Origin: Calditrichota bacterium
GTDB lineage: Bacteria; Electryoneota; B3-LCP
Length of the DNA: 64,000 bases
Assembly: GCA_020051775.1 (NCBI GenBank)
Contig: JAGVQJ010000141.1
Span: forward strand, 853-64,852
Reading direction: 5' to 3'
The notes beneath the pieces were generated by a model. The model made no database searches and was not told the DNA's origin. It saw only the letters and a program-made list of their open reading frames with translations. How positions within the stretch are numbered: the stretch's first letter is position 1; each line of letters starts with the position of its first letter. Positions 1-11,892 of this stretch are shown here, piece by piece. The position numbers and the translations under genes were made by a program.

Positions 1-585
1 CCCTTCGATTAGAACTGGAATCGAACGATCCTGATGGAAACGCAATGTCATGGTGACAACCGCTTTAAGAGCATCGGAAAAGATCCCCACTTTACCGAGA
101 CCGGGGACTTCGGCGTAACTGCCATTATAGAATTGCCCCCCTGTAGCGTCACGGTTGACTCTGTCCCCCTCACCGTTATTTCCTTGCGCGGTGGATTTTT
201 CCTCGGGTGAGGCCAGGTTCACTTTCGCGGACATGCGCACCAAGGATTCGGCCAGTTCCTCGACATCTAAAGGTTTGCGCAGCAGGTCGCTTACTCCCAG
301 GCGGAGGGCTTCGATGGCGGTTTTAACATCGGCGTAAGGCGTAAAGAGTATGACGGCGCTCCGTCGGCCCTGAGGCATTTCGCGGAGATTCTTCAGTAGA
401 TCCAATCCGCTCATGCCGGGCATGCGGATGCTGGAAAGAACTAGGGGAAACGGTTCGGCAATGAATAAATTTAGCGCTTCCTGAGCAGAATTGCATTGAG
501 TCACCTGATGCCCCAATTGCTCACTTAAAAAATCGGCCACAGCCTCACGACTCAAGGCTTCGTCGTCAATCAGCAGGATTCTCAT
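1..585 (-). CDS. Response regulator with N-terminal receiver domain. It is partial: the C-terminal part runs off the window start.
   Basis: Reverse-complement translation from the ATG at 585-583 reads MRILLIDDEALSREAVADF...LVLSSIRMPGMSGLDLL...LGVSDLLRKPLD, a CheY-like receiver. There is no stop before position 1, so it is absent from the ORF track. Its first 20 nt overlap the upstream gene end at 566. Confidence 0.75.
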   Translation of the reverse strand, partial: MRILLIDDEALSREAVADFLSEQLGHQVTQCNSAQEALNLFIAEPFPLVLSSIRMPGMSGLDLLKNLREMPQGRRSAVILFTPYADVKTAIEALRLGVSDLLRKPLDVEELAESLVRMSAKVNLASPEEKSTAQGNNGEGDRVNRDATGGQFYNGSYAEVPGLGKVGIFSDALKAVVTMTLRFHQDRSIPVLIEG

Positions 586-2146
586 CCAGTTTCTCGGGTT
601 TTCTTTCCATTAAGGGGAATCGAACTGTATAGGTGGTGCCGTCAGGTGAACCACCAGCGACCTCAATTTGACCTTTTAATTCTTCCACAAACATTTTACT
701 AATAGCCAGTTTCAGTCCGTAGCCTTCATCGGTTTTCTGCTCGGTGAAGTAGGGGTTAAATACTTTGTCCAGAATGGCCTCGTCAACCGGCGGTCCGTTG
801 TCCTGAATTTCCAAACACGCCTGACCCTTCCGGCGTCGAGTGATAAGTCGCATCCATTTATCAGTTTGTTGGGCTCGGTCAAGCGAAGTGATAGCATTTG
901 TGATGAGATTGATGATCACCTGTTCCAGACGAATGGAGCTGCCCCGAATAGCCAAAGGTTCACGGTCAAATTCATGGATGAACCTGATACCGCGAGTTTG
1001 AATTTTACGGTCGAAGTGGGTCAGAGCGTTCCGTACCGCTTCATTCAAATCCACCACTTCGGATTCGTCTTGATCCGGAGCCAGCCAAAAACTATGGAGA
1101 TGGCGCACGATCTGATCAATCCGACCGGCATAGTCGGCGATATCATTAATCTTTTTAATGAATGTTTCGGGTAACACTCCCTGGTTGCGCTTGTGCCAGA
1201 ATAAGACGCTATTGGCGCTGACCAGAATGGCATGCAGCGGTTGATTGATTTCATGTGAAATGCCGGCCGCCATCACGCCCAGTGAGGCTAATTGTGCAGC
1301 TTGGGTAGCCAGTTGCTGAGGCTCGTGGAAAACTTCCACCCCATCCTTTTTACCCCGCTTTTTACCAGTCGTCACTCCGCCCAAGGCGTTTTCCCGGAAA
1401 ATCAGCACCGCCCCCGCGATATGCCCGGTTTCATCGCGAATCGGGGCTGCGCTGTTATCCACGAATCTTTCCTGCCCCTCGCGATCCACAAGAATCTTGT
1501 GTTCCACCGTGACGACCAGGCCCTTCTTGATCACTGTCAGGGCTATATTCCCCAGTGGCTGGCGTTTCTTTTCATGCAGCAGCCGTAAGATGCGTTCCAG
1601 ATCCTGCCCGGTGGCTTGTGTTGATGACCATTTAGTTAAACCTTCCGCGGTGGGATTCATGTAAATAATCTGGCCGCGAATGTCCGTTACCACCACGGCA
1701 TCGCCCATAGATTTCATGGTCGTGGAGAACCAGCGTTCGCTTTTGCGCAGCTTGGTCTCCAGATTGTGCCGATTTAGGGCGATTTCGATGGTGGGGCGTA
1801 GTTCTTTTTCGTCAAAAGGTTTAATGAGATAACCATAAGGAGCGGTCAATTTCGCACGCTCCAGAGTGTTTTCATCGGCGTAGGCGGTTAGATAGACAAC
1901 GGGGATATCGAAGCGCTCGTAGATCTGTTCTGCGGTATTAATGCCATCCATTTCACCGCGAATACGAATATCCATGAGCACCAGGTCGGGGCGCGTTCTC
2001 TCCGCTTCCTTCAGTGCCTGGGCCCTCGTATCCACGACCGCCGCAACTCTATAGCCCAGGCTCAGAAGGCTATTGCGAAGGTGCAATGCCAGGATGCCTT
2101 CATCTTCGACGATTAATACCAAGGGTGACGACATCGCAAGGCTCAC
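566..2146 (-). CDS. Hybrid response regulator / PAS sensor histidine kinase (REC-PAS-HisKA-HATPase)
   Basis: The N-terminus has a receiver (LVLIVEDEGILAL...DLVLMDIRIRG...KPFDEKEL). It continues into a PAS region, an H-box SHEINQPL and an HATPase_c with a G-box (DNGPPVD...GYGLKLA). Confidence 0.85.
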   Translation of the reverse strand: MSLAMSSPLVLIVEDEGILALHLRNSLLSLGYRVAAVVDTRAQALKEAERTRPDLVLMDIRIRGEMDGINTAEQIYERFDIPVVYLTAYADENTLERAKLTAPYGYLIKPFDEKELRPTIEIALNRHNLETKLRKSERWFSTTMKSMGDAVVVTDIRGQIIYMNPTAEGLTKWSSTQATGQDLERILRLLHEKKRQPLGNIALTVIKKGLVVTVEHKILVDREGQERFVDNSAAPIRDETGHIAGAVLIFRENALGGVTTGKKRGKKDGVEVFHEPQQLATQAAQLASLGVMAAGISHEINQPLHAILVSANSVLFWHKRNQGVLPETFIKKINDIADYAGRIDQIVRHLHSFWLAPDQDESEVVDLNEAVRNALTHFDRKIQTRGIRFIHEFDREPLAIRGSSIRLEQVIINLITNAITSLDRAQQTDKWMRLITRRRKGQACLEIQDNGPPVDEAILDKVFNPYFTEQKTDEGYGLKLAISKMFVEELKGQIEVAGGSPDGTTYTVRFPLMERKPEKLDENPAD

Positions 2147-2190
2147 TGATTGATTATCATTTGAAAAGTGTATACAAATCGTGGGAAAAT

Positions 2191-3225
2191 CTAATCTTTT
2201 AACAATCGGACACGGGGAAAAGTCAAGATGAAATGCGTGCCTTGCTCCTTATTGATTTCCAGATTGCCGCCGAGTTGTCCGGATAGCGCCTGTACCAATT
2301 GCAGACCCAGCGATTCGGTTTTTAGAACGTCGAAATTATGCGGAATGCCCACTCCGTTGTCGCTGACCATTAACATGATCTTATCATCATTTTCCGAACG
2401 CATTTCAATGTGTAAAGTGCCTGGCCGGTTGTTGGGGAAGGCGTGACGCAAGGCATTAGACACCAGTTCGTTGATAATAAGGCCGCAGGGCAAGGCGGAA
2501 TCAATGTCCAAATGCACATTACCCACCTCTACTGTCAAATTGATCTTTTCAGGATCAGCGCCGAAGGAGTAAAACAGATTGCCAGTCAGCAGTTGCAGGT
2601 ATTCCGCCAGATTGATATTGGCCAAATCAGGGGATCTATACAGGCGTTCATGCATCAGGGCGATCGAACGGATGCGGTTCTGGCTTTCGCGCAATAAACC
2701 GGCGGCCTTTCCACTCTTGACCCTCTGGGATTGCAACGCCAGAAGAGAATTGATCATCTGCAGGTTGTTCTTCACCCGATGGTGAACTTCCTTGATCAGA
2801 ACTTCCTTTTCGCGAATGGCGGTCTTGAGCTTTTCCTCCCCCTGTTTTCGCTCGATGGCGTAGCGAATGGATCTGACCAGCAGATTGCTTTCGTACTGCC
2901 CTTTGACCAGGTAATCCTGAGCGCCGCTACTGACTGTTTTCAGTCCCAGTTCCTCATCAGTGGTACCGGTCAAAACGATAATCGCCAGTCTGGGATCCGC
3001 CTGGCGAGCCATATCGAAGGTTTCAAAGCCGCTGCTGTCGGGCAGGGCTAAATCAAGAAGGAGAATGTCCAGACTGCCCTGTCGCAACCGTTCCAAACCC
3101 TCTTTCAAGTTCTCACGCCACTCAACCTTGATGGAAGAAAGCCCGCCTCTCTCGGTTAAAATCTCCCGGATGAGCCGCGCATCTCCCGGGTTATCTTCGA
3201 TGAGGAGAAGCCGGATGGAACCCAT
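2191..3225 (-). CDS. Hybrid response regulator-histidine kinase with a HisKA_2-type H-box
   Basis: The receiver reads IRLLLIEDNPGDARLI...ILLLDLALPD. The HisKA_2 motif is EVHHRVKNNLQMINSLLALQ, and the ATPase region is LIINELVSNALRHAF...DNGVGIP. Confidence 0.8.
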   Translation of the reverse strand: MGSIRLLLIEDNPGDARLIREILTERGGLSSIKVEWRENLKEGLERLRQGSLDILLLDLALPDSSGFETFDMARQADPRLAIIVLTGTTDEELGLKTVSSGAQDYLVKGQYESNLLVRSIRYAIERKQGEEKLKTAIREKEVLIKEVHHRVKNNLQMINSLLALQSQRVKSGKAAGLLRESQNRIRSIALMHERLYRSPDLANINLAEYLQLLTGNLFYSFGADPEKINLTVEVGNVHLDIDSALPCGLIINELVSNALRHAFPNNRPGTLHIEMRSENDDKIMLMVSDNGVGIPHNFDVLKTESLGLQLVQALSGQLGGNLEINKEQGTHFILTFPRVRLLKD

Positions 3226-3239
3226 AGTTTTACCCTAAG

Positions 3240-3686
3240 TCAATGTTCCGGAACTTTAACGACCGTTAACCAAAAATTACCTATGGATTTAATAACCGCC
3301 ATGAATTGATCCAAATCCAGCGGTTTATTTACATAGCTGTCGGCATGCAGCGTGAAGGTTTCCACAATATCGCGCTCTTCTTTGGAACCAGTGACAATGA
3401 CGACGGGGATGAACGACAATTCGGGATCGGCTTTAATCTCGGCCAAGACCTCCCGACCATCCTTGTTAGGCAGATTCAAATCCAAGAGGATCAAATCCGG
3501 CATGGGATCTTTGCTGATCTTCTTGTGATGCAGAGTCGCCATGGCTTCTTCACCGTCGCGGGCGATGCTGATATTGTTGTATAGTCTCAGATCGCGTAAT
3601 ATCTCAATCAAAAGGCGAATATCGCCGGGATTATCCTCTACGACTAAAATGTCAATGGCCTTGGCTGATTTACTCACTTTACCCAT
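3240..3686 (-). CDS. Single-domain response regulator, Rcp1/CheY-like
   Basis: Sequence IDILVVEDNPGDIRLL...[37 protein letters not shown]...[29 protein letters not shown]. The ORF-track start at 3749 is probably too long; the internal ATG at 3686 (MGKVSKS) fits the paralogs. Confidence 0.8.
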   Translation of the reverse strand: MGKVSKSAKAIDILVVEDNPGDIRLLIEILRDLRLYNNISIARDGEEAMATLHHKKISKDPMPDLILLDLNLPNKDGREVLAEIKADPELSFIPVVIVTGSKEERDIVETFTLHADSYVNKPLDLDQFMAVIKSIGNFWLTVVKVPEH

Positions 3687-3862
3687 TAAAATCATCCTTT
3701 CTCCCCACCGGAAGCAGCGCTTCCGACGGAATAATCCATCAAATATCACATTAATCTAACAAAAGTCACTTCACTATAGAATATAACCCTTCAGGGCATG
3801 AAATGATCCGAGAGCGGTGATATTGTTTCAAAATAGAACCCCGGCTTGACATCACCCGGTTC

Positions 3863-4303
3863 TTACGGCAATTTCACGACGGTCAACCAGAATTCCTCGA
3901 TGGATTTTATGACAGCCATGAATTGATCCAGATCCACGGGTTTGGTGATGTAGCAGTTGGCGTGCAGATTGTAAGATTTGAGAATGTCCTGCTCGGCCTG
4001 AGAGCTGGTGAGAATGACAACGGGGATATTGCATAGATCAGCATCAGCCTTTATCTCCGCCAACACTTCACGCCCATCTTTCCGGGGTAAATTTAAATCA
4101 AGCAAAATCAAGTCCGGTCGTGGCACAGCAGTAAAGCGGCCCCTTTTATACAGATAGTCGGTAGCCTCTTCCCCATCTTCGACGGAATGAAGCCGATTGG
4201 CGACCTTGAATTCGCGCAAGGCCTCAATAATCAAGCGCACGTCTCCAGGATTGTCTTCTACAATCAGGATATTAATAGGATTTCCCTTGCTTGGATCTAA
4301 CAT
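3863..4303 (-). CDS. Single-domain response regulator, Rcp1-like paralog
   Basis: Sequence [16 protein letters not shown]...[37 protein letters not shown]...[30 protein letters not shown]. It is near-identical in motif content to the genes at 3240 and 7342. Confidence 0.85.
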   Translation of the reverse strand: MLDPSKGNPINILIVEDNPGDVRLIIEALREFKVANRLHSVEDGEEATDYLYKRGRFTAVPRPDLILLDLNLPRKDGREVLAEIKADADLCNIPVVILTSSQAEQDILKSYNLHANCYITKPVDLDQFMAVIKSIEEFWLTVVKLP

Positions 4304-4317
4304 GTTTTCTGCTCCTT

Positions 4318-5880
4318 TCAGTTTGTCGGTAGAGTAAAATAAAAAGTCGCGCCTCGGCCCAATTCGGATTCCACCCAGATTCTGCCGCCATGTCGTTCCA
4401 CGATCCGCTTGCAGATGGACAGTCCGATGCCGGTCCCGGCATTCTTTCGGGATCGGTGAACCTGCTGGAAAATACCGAAAATGCGGGTAAAATGTTTGGA
4501 GTCAAGACCCAGGCCGTTATCGGCAATTGAAAAAACCCATTCGCCATCTTTGCGGCTCACGCCAATCAGAATCCGCGGCGGTTCGAGATGGTGGTATTTT
4601 ATGGCGTTATCTATCAAGTTCTGGAAGAGATGGACAAACTGACTCTCATCACCCACCACCTGCGGCAAAGCTCCGTATGTGATCTGGGTCTGGGTTTCAT
4701 GAATTTTTAAGGTTAAATTGGACAGCGCCTGATCCAGGGCTTCCTGTGCGCTGAATTGCGCGAACAGTTTCCCCTTGGTCTGAATCCGGGACAGTTCCAA
4801 CAGATCTTGGACCATCTGTTGCATGCGGGTAGCGCCATCCACGGCGTAGTGGATGAATTCATCGGCATCCTGATCCAGTTTCCCCTTATATCGTCTGGCC
4901 AACAGCGTGACGTAACTGGAGACCATGCGCAAAGGCTCCTGCAGATCGTGCGAGGCCACATAAGCAAATTGCTCCAGTTCCGCGTTGGAGCGCGTTAAAT
5001 TATTTACCGCCTCAAACAATTTCTCTTCGGCCACTTTGCGTTCGGTAATATCGTGCACCATGCCGATGGATCGAATAATACGGCCGGATTCATCACGGAT
5101 ATGCTCGCATTTTTCATGAACAAAACGGATTTCACCAGTAGATTTGCGCATCACCCGATGTTCAACCTCATAGGAATCCAACTTCTGGTGTATAGATCCT
5201 GAGTAAGCTTCATTCACAATCCGCCGATCATCGGGATGAACCGCCTCAAGGAAAGCTTCATAGGTGGCGTCGAATTCCTGTGGCGCCAATCCGAAAATCC
5301 GATAGACTTCATCTGACCATGTCAGGCGATTGTTCGTTAGATCCAGTTCCCAACTGCCCAAATGAGCGATCTCCTGAGCGCGATTCAGACGATTTTCGCT
5401 ATCGCGCAACGCAGCTTCAATGCGTTTGGATTCCGTGACGTTTTGGCCATAAACATTTATATAGTTTTGTTCTAAAATAGGCGTAAAGAGCAATTTAAAA
5501 GTCTGCTCATGGCAAACAAGCTCGGTTTCATACACTGACCCGCTACTGAATGCTTTTACAATCGCTCGGCGCCAAAATTCTGTGGCGGTCGTCCCTAAGC
5601 CGCCGATACAACCTGCCAGTTGGATTGTGCTGGTTGTATTGGCATAGAGAACCTTGCCTTCCCGAGAAAAGCGGATAATGGGGTTGGGATTTTCACCCGG
5701 AAAGCGGGCGATACTCCTAATCTCCTCTTCGGAACCCCGCAACTCTTCCACCGCCACCGAGAGATCCTCGGTTACCTGCTTTAAAGCTTGGTTCACTTCC
5801 AGTTTGCCGGTCAACAGATCTTCTTGAAGCCGGTCGAGTCTCAGAAGAAACTTCTCTATCCGAGTGTCTAAGTCTTTCAT
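4318..5880 (-). CDS. PAS/PAC sensor histidine kinase (cytoplasmic)
   Basis: It has coiled-coil and PAS regions, the H-box [19 protein letters not shown], and HATPase motifs [22 protein letters not shown]. Confidence 0.85.
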   Translation of the reverse strand: MKDLDTRIEKFLLRLDRLQEDLLTGKLEVNQALKQVTEDLSVAVEELRGSEEEIRSIARFPGENPNPIIRFSREGKVLYANTTSTIQLAGCIGGLGTTATEFWRRAIVKAFSSGSVYETELVCHEQTFKLLFTPILEQNYINVYGQNVTESKRIEAALRDSENRLNRAQEIAHLGSWELDLTNNRLTWSDEVYRIFGLAPQEFDATYEAFLEAVHPDDRRIVNEAYSGSIHQKLDSYEVEHRVMRKSTGEIRFVHEKCEHIRDESGRIIRSIGMVHDITERKVAEEKLFEAVNNLTRSNAELEQFAYVASHDLQEPLRMVSSYVTLLARRYKGKLDQDADEFIHYAVDGATRMQQMVQDLLELSRIQTKGKLFAQFSAQEALDQALSNLTLKIHETQTQITYGALPQVVGDESQFVHLFQNLIDNAIKYHHLEPPRILIGVSRKDGEWVFSIADNGLGLDSKHFTRIFGIFQQVHRSRKNAGTGIGLSICKRIVERHGGRIWVESELGRGATFYFTLPTN

Positions 5881-5914
5881 GTTCCAGAGATTAATTGGAA
5901 TATGAGCGCATCAT

Positions 5915-7345
5915 CTATCTTGGTAGCGTAAATTGGAATCGGGATCCCATGCCTGGTTCGGTTTCCACCCAGATCTTTCCGCCGTGTCTTTCTATGATTT
6001 TTTTACATATTGCCAGGCCGATGCCGGTGCCGGGATATTTTGCTTTGCTGTGAAGACGCTGAAAGACCAGAAAAATGCGGTCGAAATATTTGGGATCAAT
6101 ACCAATGCCATTATCTTGAACGGAAATCAACCAGTAATTGAGCTTATTCTGTGCGGAAACGTGAATGCAGGGCTGCCGATCTTTTCGAAACTTTAGGGCA
6201 TTATCCAGAAGATTTTGGAAAACCTGGACGAGTTGGCTTTCATCCCCATTCACTTGCGGTAATGCCTCGAAAGTTATAACGGCGTTGTTTTCGCGGATGG
6301 CCAGTTGGAGATTGTCGAGAGCCAGATTCAGGACGATGGCCAGATCCAGCGCCTTAAAGGCCTGCACCTGGGTTCCCACGCGGGAGAAGGTCAGCAGGTC
6401 TTCAATCAGCAGCTGCATACGCCTGGCGCCGTCGGTGGCATAGTTAATGAATTCGTCGGCTTCTTTATCCAGCTTACTCTGATAACGTTTTTGCAATAGT
6501 TGAACATAACTGGCGATCATCCTAAGGGGCTCTTGCAAATCGTGAGAGGCCACATAGGCGAATTGTTCCAACTCAGCGTTGCTGCGGGTGAGACTTTCCA
6601 CTGCCTTATTAAGCTCCTCTTCAGTTTGCTTGCGTTTCGTTATATCCCGCAAAAGTCCTGTGAACATGCGCTGATTGTTGAGGTTTACTTCGCTGACGGC
6701 CAGATCCAAAGGGAAAACCGAACCGTCCTTGCGTTTCCCCATCACCTCGCGACCAATCCCGATAATCTTCTTCTCGTTGGTTTCAAGATAATGGCGTAAA
6801 TACTGATCATGTTCATCGTGAAATGGTCCCGGCATGAGCATATTCACGTTTTGGTTGATCATCTCCTCCGGAGGGTAACCGAAGATGCGCGTGACAGCCG
6901 GATTAACAGACTGTATTATACCACGCTCATCAATAGTGATAATGCCGTCAACCGCAGCATCGAGAATGGCGCGCAGGCTTTCTTTCTGGTCATGCAGAAC
7001 TTCACTTTCATGCCGTCGTTGAATCAAGATAATGGTCAATATCCAGAGGACCAGAATTATAGCCAAACGATTGACAAACGCCATTTGAACGCTTACTCCC
7101 AATGGAGCATTGAATAAATCCACGACGGCGAGGAAAGTTACGATTCCCGCGTACAGAAAAATATACCCCGGACGAAAGACCCTGGCTACGAATACCAGCG
7201 CAAATAAAAATAATATCCAAACAATATAACCTGGCGGTAAGACCAGGTGTAATATGAAAGCGCCGCTAATATACAGCGCGGCAACCAATAGAATGACCTT
7301 TTTGGAAATAGGCGAAGATCTCATTTTCACCGGCGGGGTTTTCAT
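5915..7345 (-). CDS. Membrane-anchored PAS sensor histidine kinase
   Basis: The N-terminal about 120 aa are hydrophobic and multi-TM. A PAS region follows, then the H-box [19 protein letters not shown] and HATPase motifs. The start is placed at the ATG at 7345, which forms an ATGA overlap with the upstream response-regulator stop. Confidence 0.85.
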   Translation of the reverse strand: MKTPPVKMRSSPISKKVILLVAALYISGAFILHLVLPPGYIVWILFLFALVFVARVFRPGYIFLYAGIVTFLAVVDLFNAPLGVSVQMAFVNRLAIILVLWILTIILIQRRHESEVLHDQKESLRAILDAAVDGIITIDERGIIQSVNPAVTRIFGYPPEEMINQNVNMLMPGPFHDEHDQYLRHYLETNEKKIIGIGREVMGKRKDGSVFPLDLAVSEVNLNNQRMFTGLLRDITKRKQTEEELNKAVESLTRSNAELEQFAYVASHDLQEPLRMIASYVQLLQKRYQSKLDKEADEFINYATDGARRMQLLIEDLLTFSRVGTQVQAFKALDLAIVLNLALDNLQLAIRENNAVITFEALPQVNGDESQLVQVFQNLLDNALKFRKDRQPCIHVSAQNKLNYWLISVQDNGIGIDPKYFDRIFLVFQRLHSKAKYPGTGIGLAICKKIIERHGGKIWVETEPGMGSRFQFTLPR

Positions 7346-7803
7346 GGCAATACGACAATGGTGAACCAAAAATCTTCGATGGATTTGACCACGGCCATAA
7401 ATTGATCCAAGTCAACAGGTTTGGTAATGTAACAGTTGGCATGCAACTTGTAAGTATTAAGGACGTCCTGTTCGGCTGTGGAGCTGGTGAGTATGATCAC
7501 CGGGATCGTCCGCAGTTGGGGATCGGATTTAATTTCCGCCAAGACTTCCCGACCATCCTTGCGAGGCAGATTCAAGTCCAGCAATACCAAATCGGGGCGC
7601 GGTTTATCACTATAGCCACCGCTTTTAGTTAGGAATAGCATTGCCTCCTCGCCGTCCTCCGCAACGTTGACGGCATTTTTTATTTTACCCTGCTTCAATG
7701 CTTCCAGGATCAGCCGCACATCGCCCGGATTATCCTCCACCAACAATATCTCGAGAGGTTGGCCTATTATCTTTCGGTTCATCCTTATTTCCCCTAGTAT
7801 CAT
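7342..7803 (-). CDS. Single-domain response regulator, Rcp1-like paralog
   Basis: Sequence [14 protein letters not shown]...[37 protein letters not shown]...[30 protein letters not shown]. Confidence 0.85.
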   Translation of the reverse strand: MILGEIRMNRKIIGQPLEILLVEDNPGDVRLILEALKQGKIKNAVNVAEDGEEAMLFLTKSGGYSDKPRPDLVLLDLNLPRKDGREVLAEIKSDPQLRTIPVIILTSSTAEQDVLNTYKLHANCYITKPVDLDQFMAVVKSIEDFWFTIVVLP

Positions 7804-7820
7804 CCCTTAATACTATATTA

Positions 7821-9863
7821 TTATACGACAGTAAAGTGGAAAATTGTGCCTTTACCCGAACCTGGCTGTACCCAAATTCGACCACCATGCCGCTCTACAA
7901 TTTTTTTACAGATGGCCAATCCGATGCCTGTGCCGGGGTATTTCCGGGCTCCATGCAGCCGCTGGAAAATCAAGAAGATGCGATTGTACTGCTTGGGATC
8001 AATGCCGATGCCGTTATCAGCAACCGAAATAACCCAGGAATTGTCTTTCCAGGAAGCGGAGATATGGATATGAGGAGGTTGGGAGTCTCGAAATTTTAAG
8101 GCATTATCTATCAGATTCTGAAAAAGTTGCACGAATTGGGACTCGTCGCCGTTGATGACCGGCAGGGTGTCGCTGGTGACACGCGCACCGGTTTCTTCGA
8201 TAATCACCTTGAGATTGGCCTGTGCCAAATCCAAAGCGCTCTGAATGCTAAACGGTTGGAGGGGCCGGCCCCCCATGCCCACCCGTGAAAAGTCCAACAG
8301 GTCGCGGATCAACCGTTGCATGCGATGGGCTCCGTCCACCGCATAACCGATAAATTCGTCGGCATCCGCATCCAGTTTTTGACCGTAGCGCTTGCTCAGC
8401 AGGGTTACATAACTGGCGACCATGCGCAGCGGTTCCTGCAAGTCGTGCGAGGCGACGTAGGCGAATTGTTCCAGCTCCTGATTAGAGCGGGAGAGCTCGA
8501 TGACGGCGGCCTTCAATTTTTCTTCCGTCTGTTTGCGCTCCGCAATCTCAGCTTGAAGCTCCTGATTCAGTTGTTTTAATTCTACGCTACGTTCCTCGAC
8601 CATTTCTTCCAAGTGATGGCGATGATGGTGAAGCTCCTCTTCGATCTTGAAAAGATGAAGAGCTTCTCCGATCAACAAAGCGATGGCTTCCATGAATTCC
8701 ATCATTCGCGGCGTTATCTTGCCGGACTGGACATCCGCTAAATGAATGGCGCCAATCGTCTTGTTCTGGTATTTAACCGGCACGATGGCCAATGAGGCGA
8801 AGCCGATGCTCATGCACTCGCCCCGGTAATGGCATTTCTCAGATTCGGTCAGATTCTTATGGAATCCGAGAGAATCGTTAGTGTTAAAAGAGCCGGCGGA
8901 TGACATTGCCCCGATCTCCTGGGGATCGGCCGATCCCAGGACAACGCGAATGCAGACGCATTTATCCGTATTGATGGATAACTGACTTTCTTTCTTGAGA
9001 AACTCCTCGCTAAAACCCACCGAAGCCTCGTAGGGGATCAATCCCTGATCGTTCAGTACCCGAATACCCACATTGTGGCATTCACTCCAGTTGGCCAACA
9101 ACTGAACAGCGCTGGCCAGGTATTCCTGACGGGTGGATTTCTCCATGAATAACCGCAACAGCGCATTGGTCGCGGTAGCGCGACTTTCGGCTTCCTGAAG
9201 CAGCAGATTGGCGGCAATCAGTTCCGCAGTGCGCTCCTGGACGCGAGTTTCCAGGGCGCTATGTGCTTTACGCAAAGCCTCTTCGGCAGTGCGCCGCGCA
9301 GTGATATCCGACCCGTACAGATTCGCGTATCCATGTTCGGGGAGAGGCACTACCACGAAATGAAAAGTTCGACTTCCAATAGAAGCGTCGCAACTGGTGC
9401 TCTGACGATTGACAAAAGTATCGTCCACGCATTGCCGCCAAAATTCAGGCGCCATTTCACCTACTCGACATTTCCACTCATGCAGAATCGTTTCGCTGGC
9501 ATCATTGGCGTAGAGGATATTACCGGAAGTATCAATGCGAAGCACGGGGTGAATGTTTTCGGCGGGAAATCTAGCAAGGCTTTCGATATGGTTTCGAATT
9601 TTTTCGCGTTGCTTGATAATTCTGGAGACGATAAAACTGAAACCGAGAACGCAAAATATGAAGATAATCCGCATTCCGATTTCATGTAGCGGCGGAGTAA
9701 AAATTAAGGCAAGGAGATTTTGCTGGGGATCATCCCAAAGACAGAAAACGACATCAAGGATCCATCCCAAAGTACTGATGGCAACAGCGATGAGGAAAAT
9801 TCTTCTCTCGATTTTCACGGCTATCCCGAACCTCCAAAATCCCCGTTTGTAACTGCCTCTCAA
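7821..9863 (-). CDS. Membrane PAS-GAF sensor histidine kinase
   Basis: It has N-terminal TM helices, a PAS-like region, a coiled coil, a GAF-like segment with conserved Cys, the H-box [19 protein letters not shown], and HATPase motifs [22 protein letters not shown]. Confidence 0.85.
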   Translation of the reverse strand: MRGSYKRGFWRFGIAVKIERRIFLIAVAISTLGWILDVVFCLWDDPQQNLLALIFTPPLHEIGMRIIFIFCVLGFSFIVSRIIKQREKIRNHIESLARFPAENIHPVLRIDTSGNILYANDASETILHEWKCRVGEMAPEFWRQCVDDTFVNRQSTSCDASIGSRTFHFVVVPLPEHGYANLYGSDITARRTAEEALRKAHSALETRVQERTAELIAANLLLQEAESRATATNALLRLFMEKSTRQEYLASAVQLLANWSECHNVGIRVLNDQGLIPYEASVGFSEEFLKKESQLSINTDKCVCIRVVLGSADPQEIGAMSSAGSFNTNDSLGFHKNLTESEKCHYRGECMSIGFASLAIVPVKYQNKTIGAIHLADVQSGKITPRMMEFMEAIALLIGEALHLFKIEEELHHHRHHLEEMVEERSVELKQLNQELQAEIAERKQTEEKLKAAVIELSRSNQELEQFAYVASHDLQEPLRMVASYVTLLSKRYGQKLDADADEFIGYAVDGAHRMQRLIRDLLDFSRVGMGGRPLQPFSIQSALDLAQANLKVIIEETGARVTSDTLPVINGDESQFVQLFQNLIDNALKFRDSQPPHIHISASWKDNSWVISVADNGIGIDPKQYNRIFLIFQRLHGARKYPGTGIGLAICKKIVERHGGRIWVQPGSGKGTIFHFTVV

Positions 9864-9928
9864 TACCCTTGCTAAGTTTTACGGGATACGTAAATCCACG
9901 GAGATTGTTGGCCGAAATTTCGGCTGAC

Positions 9929-11752
9929 TCATTTGTTACTGGCTCGCGAGGCCTGTTTGACAGCTTCAAAATTCAGCAAGCGCTTTCGCAAGCGGATGGC
10001 CCGGGGAGTGATCTCTACCAATTCGTCGTCGGCGATGAATTCCAACGCTTGTTCCAAGGATAATATTCGCGGCGGGTGCAAATGATAGCCCTCTTCAGAG
10101 TTGGAGGCACGCATATTGGTCAATTTCTTCTCTTTGGTGGGATTGACCCAAATGTCTACTGACCGTGAATTCTCTCCCACGACCATGCCGGAATAAACCT
10201 CATCACCGGGTGCAATGAACATCAGACCGCGCTCCTGAAGATTTTCGAGGGCATAGGCAGTGGTTCTCCCCGCCCGATCGGCTACCAGTGACCCGGATTG
10301 TCGGTCGCCGATTTCCCCCAGGTAGGGCAGCCAATCCAGAAAAATATGATTCAGGATGGCGGTGCCGCGGGTTTCTACCATGAGGAGAGAGCGCAACCCG
10401 ATCAGGCCGCGCATGGGGATGTCGGCTTCCAGCCGGATCCAGCCGGAGGAGTGGTTGACCATGCGGGTCATGCGACCTTTACGCATGCCCAGCGCCTGCG
10501 TAACCGCGCCGATGAAGGATTCCGGACAGTCAATCACCAGATGTTCGAAAGGTTCTAAGGTCTGATCGGCTTCCCGACGGGTTCGGACGGTGGGTTTGCT
10601 CACGGAGAGCTCGTAACCTTCGCGGCGCATGGTCTCGATCAGAATGGCGAACTGCAGTTCCCCTCTGCCCACAACTTTGAAAGCATCGAATGAATTTGTC
10701 TCTTCCACTTGGAAAGCAGGATTTCCCTGAATCTCGCGTTGCAGACGGTCGCGCAATTGGCGAGTCGTCAGGTAAGTTCCGTCTTTTCCAGAAAAAGGAG
10801 AGGTGTTAATGGAGAAAATCATCTCAAGTGAAGGTTCATCAATCTTCAAGGGCGGTAAGGGGCGGGGATCTTCCGGGTCGGTCAAGGTATCACCCAGGTG
10901 GATGCCTTCAATACCGGCAATGGCCACGATGTTTCCCGCCGCCGCTATATCAATGGGTACACGTTTCAAGCCGGAGAAGCCGTAGAGTTGGCTGATACGC
11001 GCGGATCGGGAGTTGTCAGAGCCGGCCATACGCACGGTCTGGCCTACGCGAAGGGTACCATTGGTGACGCGTCCGATGCCGATGCGCCCCAGGTAATCGC
11101 TGTAATCCAAGGTCGTGATTTGAAGTTGCAAGGGGTGCCCCTCGTCAAAGGAGGGCGGTGGAATCCTTTCCAGAATAAGGTCAAAAAGCGGCCGCAAGTC
11201 GGTTCCTGGCTGGGAAAGGTCGAGGGTGGCAGTTCCACGGCGCGCGTCCGTGAAGACAGTGGCGAAATTACACTGATCCTCACTGGCATCCAAATCCAAG
11301 AATAGCTCCAAGACCTCGTCGGCGACTTCGTCAATACGGGCATCCGGGCGGTCAATCTTATTGATGACGACGAGCGGTGACAGATGATGCGCCAAAGCGT
11401 TGGACAACACGTAGCGCGTCTGTGGCAGGGGACCCTCAGAGGCATCCACCAGCAGCAAGCAACCGTCCACCATCTTCAGGATGCGCTGCACTTCACCGCC
11501 GAAATCAGCGTGACCGGGAGTATCCACGATATTGATGGTCACGTCCTGATACTGCAGAGCGGTGTTTTTAGCCATAATGGTGATGCCCTTTTCACGTTCC
11601 AGATCGAGGCGATCCATGACGCGTTCGGCAACTTGTTCGTTTTCGCGAAAGATGCCCGTCTGCCGCAACATGGCATCCAATAGGGTAGTCTTGCCGTGGT
11701 CTACGTGCGCGATGATGGCTACGTTGCGGATATGAGGACAGGTCTGTTTCAT
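9929..11752 (-). CDS. typA: Translational GTPase TypA/BipA
   Basis: The N-terminus reads [24 protein letters not shown]; it has the [13 protein letters not shown]-domain motifs and is 607 aa with EF-G-like domains. Confidence 0.95.
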   Translation of the reverse strand: MKQTCPHIRNVAIIAHVDHGKTTLLDAMLRQTGIFRENEQVAERVMDRLDLEREKGITIMAKNTALQYQDVTINIVDTPGHADFGGEVQRILKMVDGCLLLVDASEGPLPQTRYVLSNALAHHLSPLVVINKIDRPDARIDEVADEVLELFLDLDASEDQCNFATVFTDARRGTATLDLSQPGTDLRPLFDLILERIPPPSFDEGHPLQLQITTLDYSDYLGRIGIGRVTNGTLRVGQTVRMAGSDNSRSARISQLYGFSGLKRVPIDIAAAGNIVAIAGIEGIHLGDTLTDPEDPRPLPPLKIDEPSLEMIFSINTSPFSGKDGTYLTTRQLRDRLQREIQGNPAFQVEETNSFDAFKVVGRGELQFAILIETMRREGYELSVSKPTVRTRREADQTLEPFEHLVIDCPESFIGAVTQALGMRKGRMTRMVNHSSGWIRLEADIPMRGLIGLRSLLMVETRGTAILNHIFLDWLPYLGEIGDRQSGSLVADRAGRTTAYALENLQERGLMFIAPGDEVYSGMVVGENSRSVDIWVNPTKEKKLTNMRASNSEEGYHLHPPRILSLEQALEFIADDELVEITPRAIRLRKRLLNFEAVKQASRASNK

Positions 11753-11892
11753 GAGTTTGTACTGGTTGTTAGTGATGGCTTTATTTTGGAAGGGGATAAA
11801 GAAAAGCGCCGGGTCGAATTTCCGGCGCCCTGCTAATCTTATTATAATTTAATACTTGAAATGCGTGAAGTCAAGTGATTTTTGATTCCATA

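Noticed and set aside
155-337. 60-aa + strand ORF
   Set aside because: It lies antisense inside the receiver-domain gene on the minus strand and has a low-complexity S/R-rich product.
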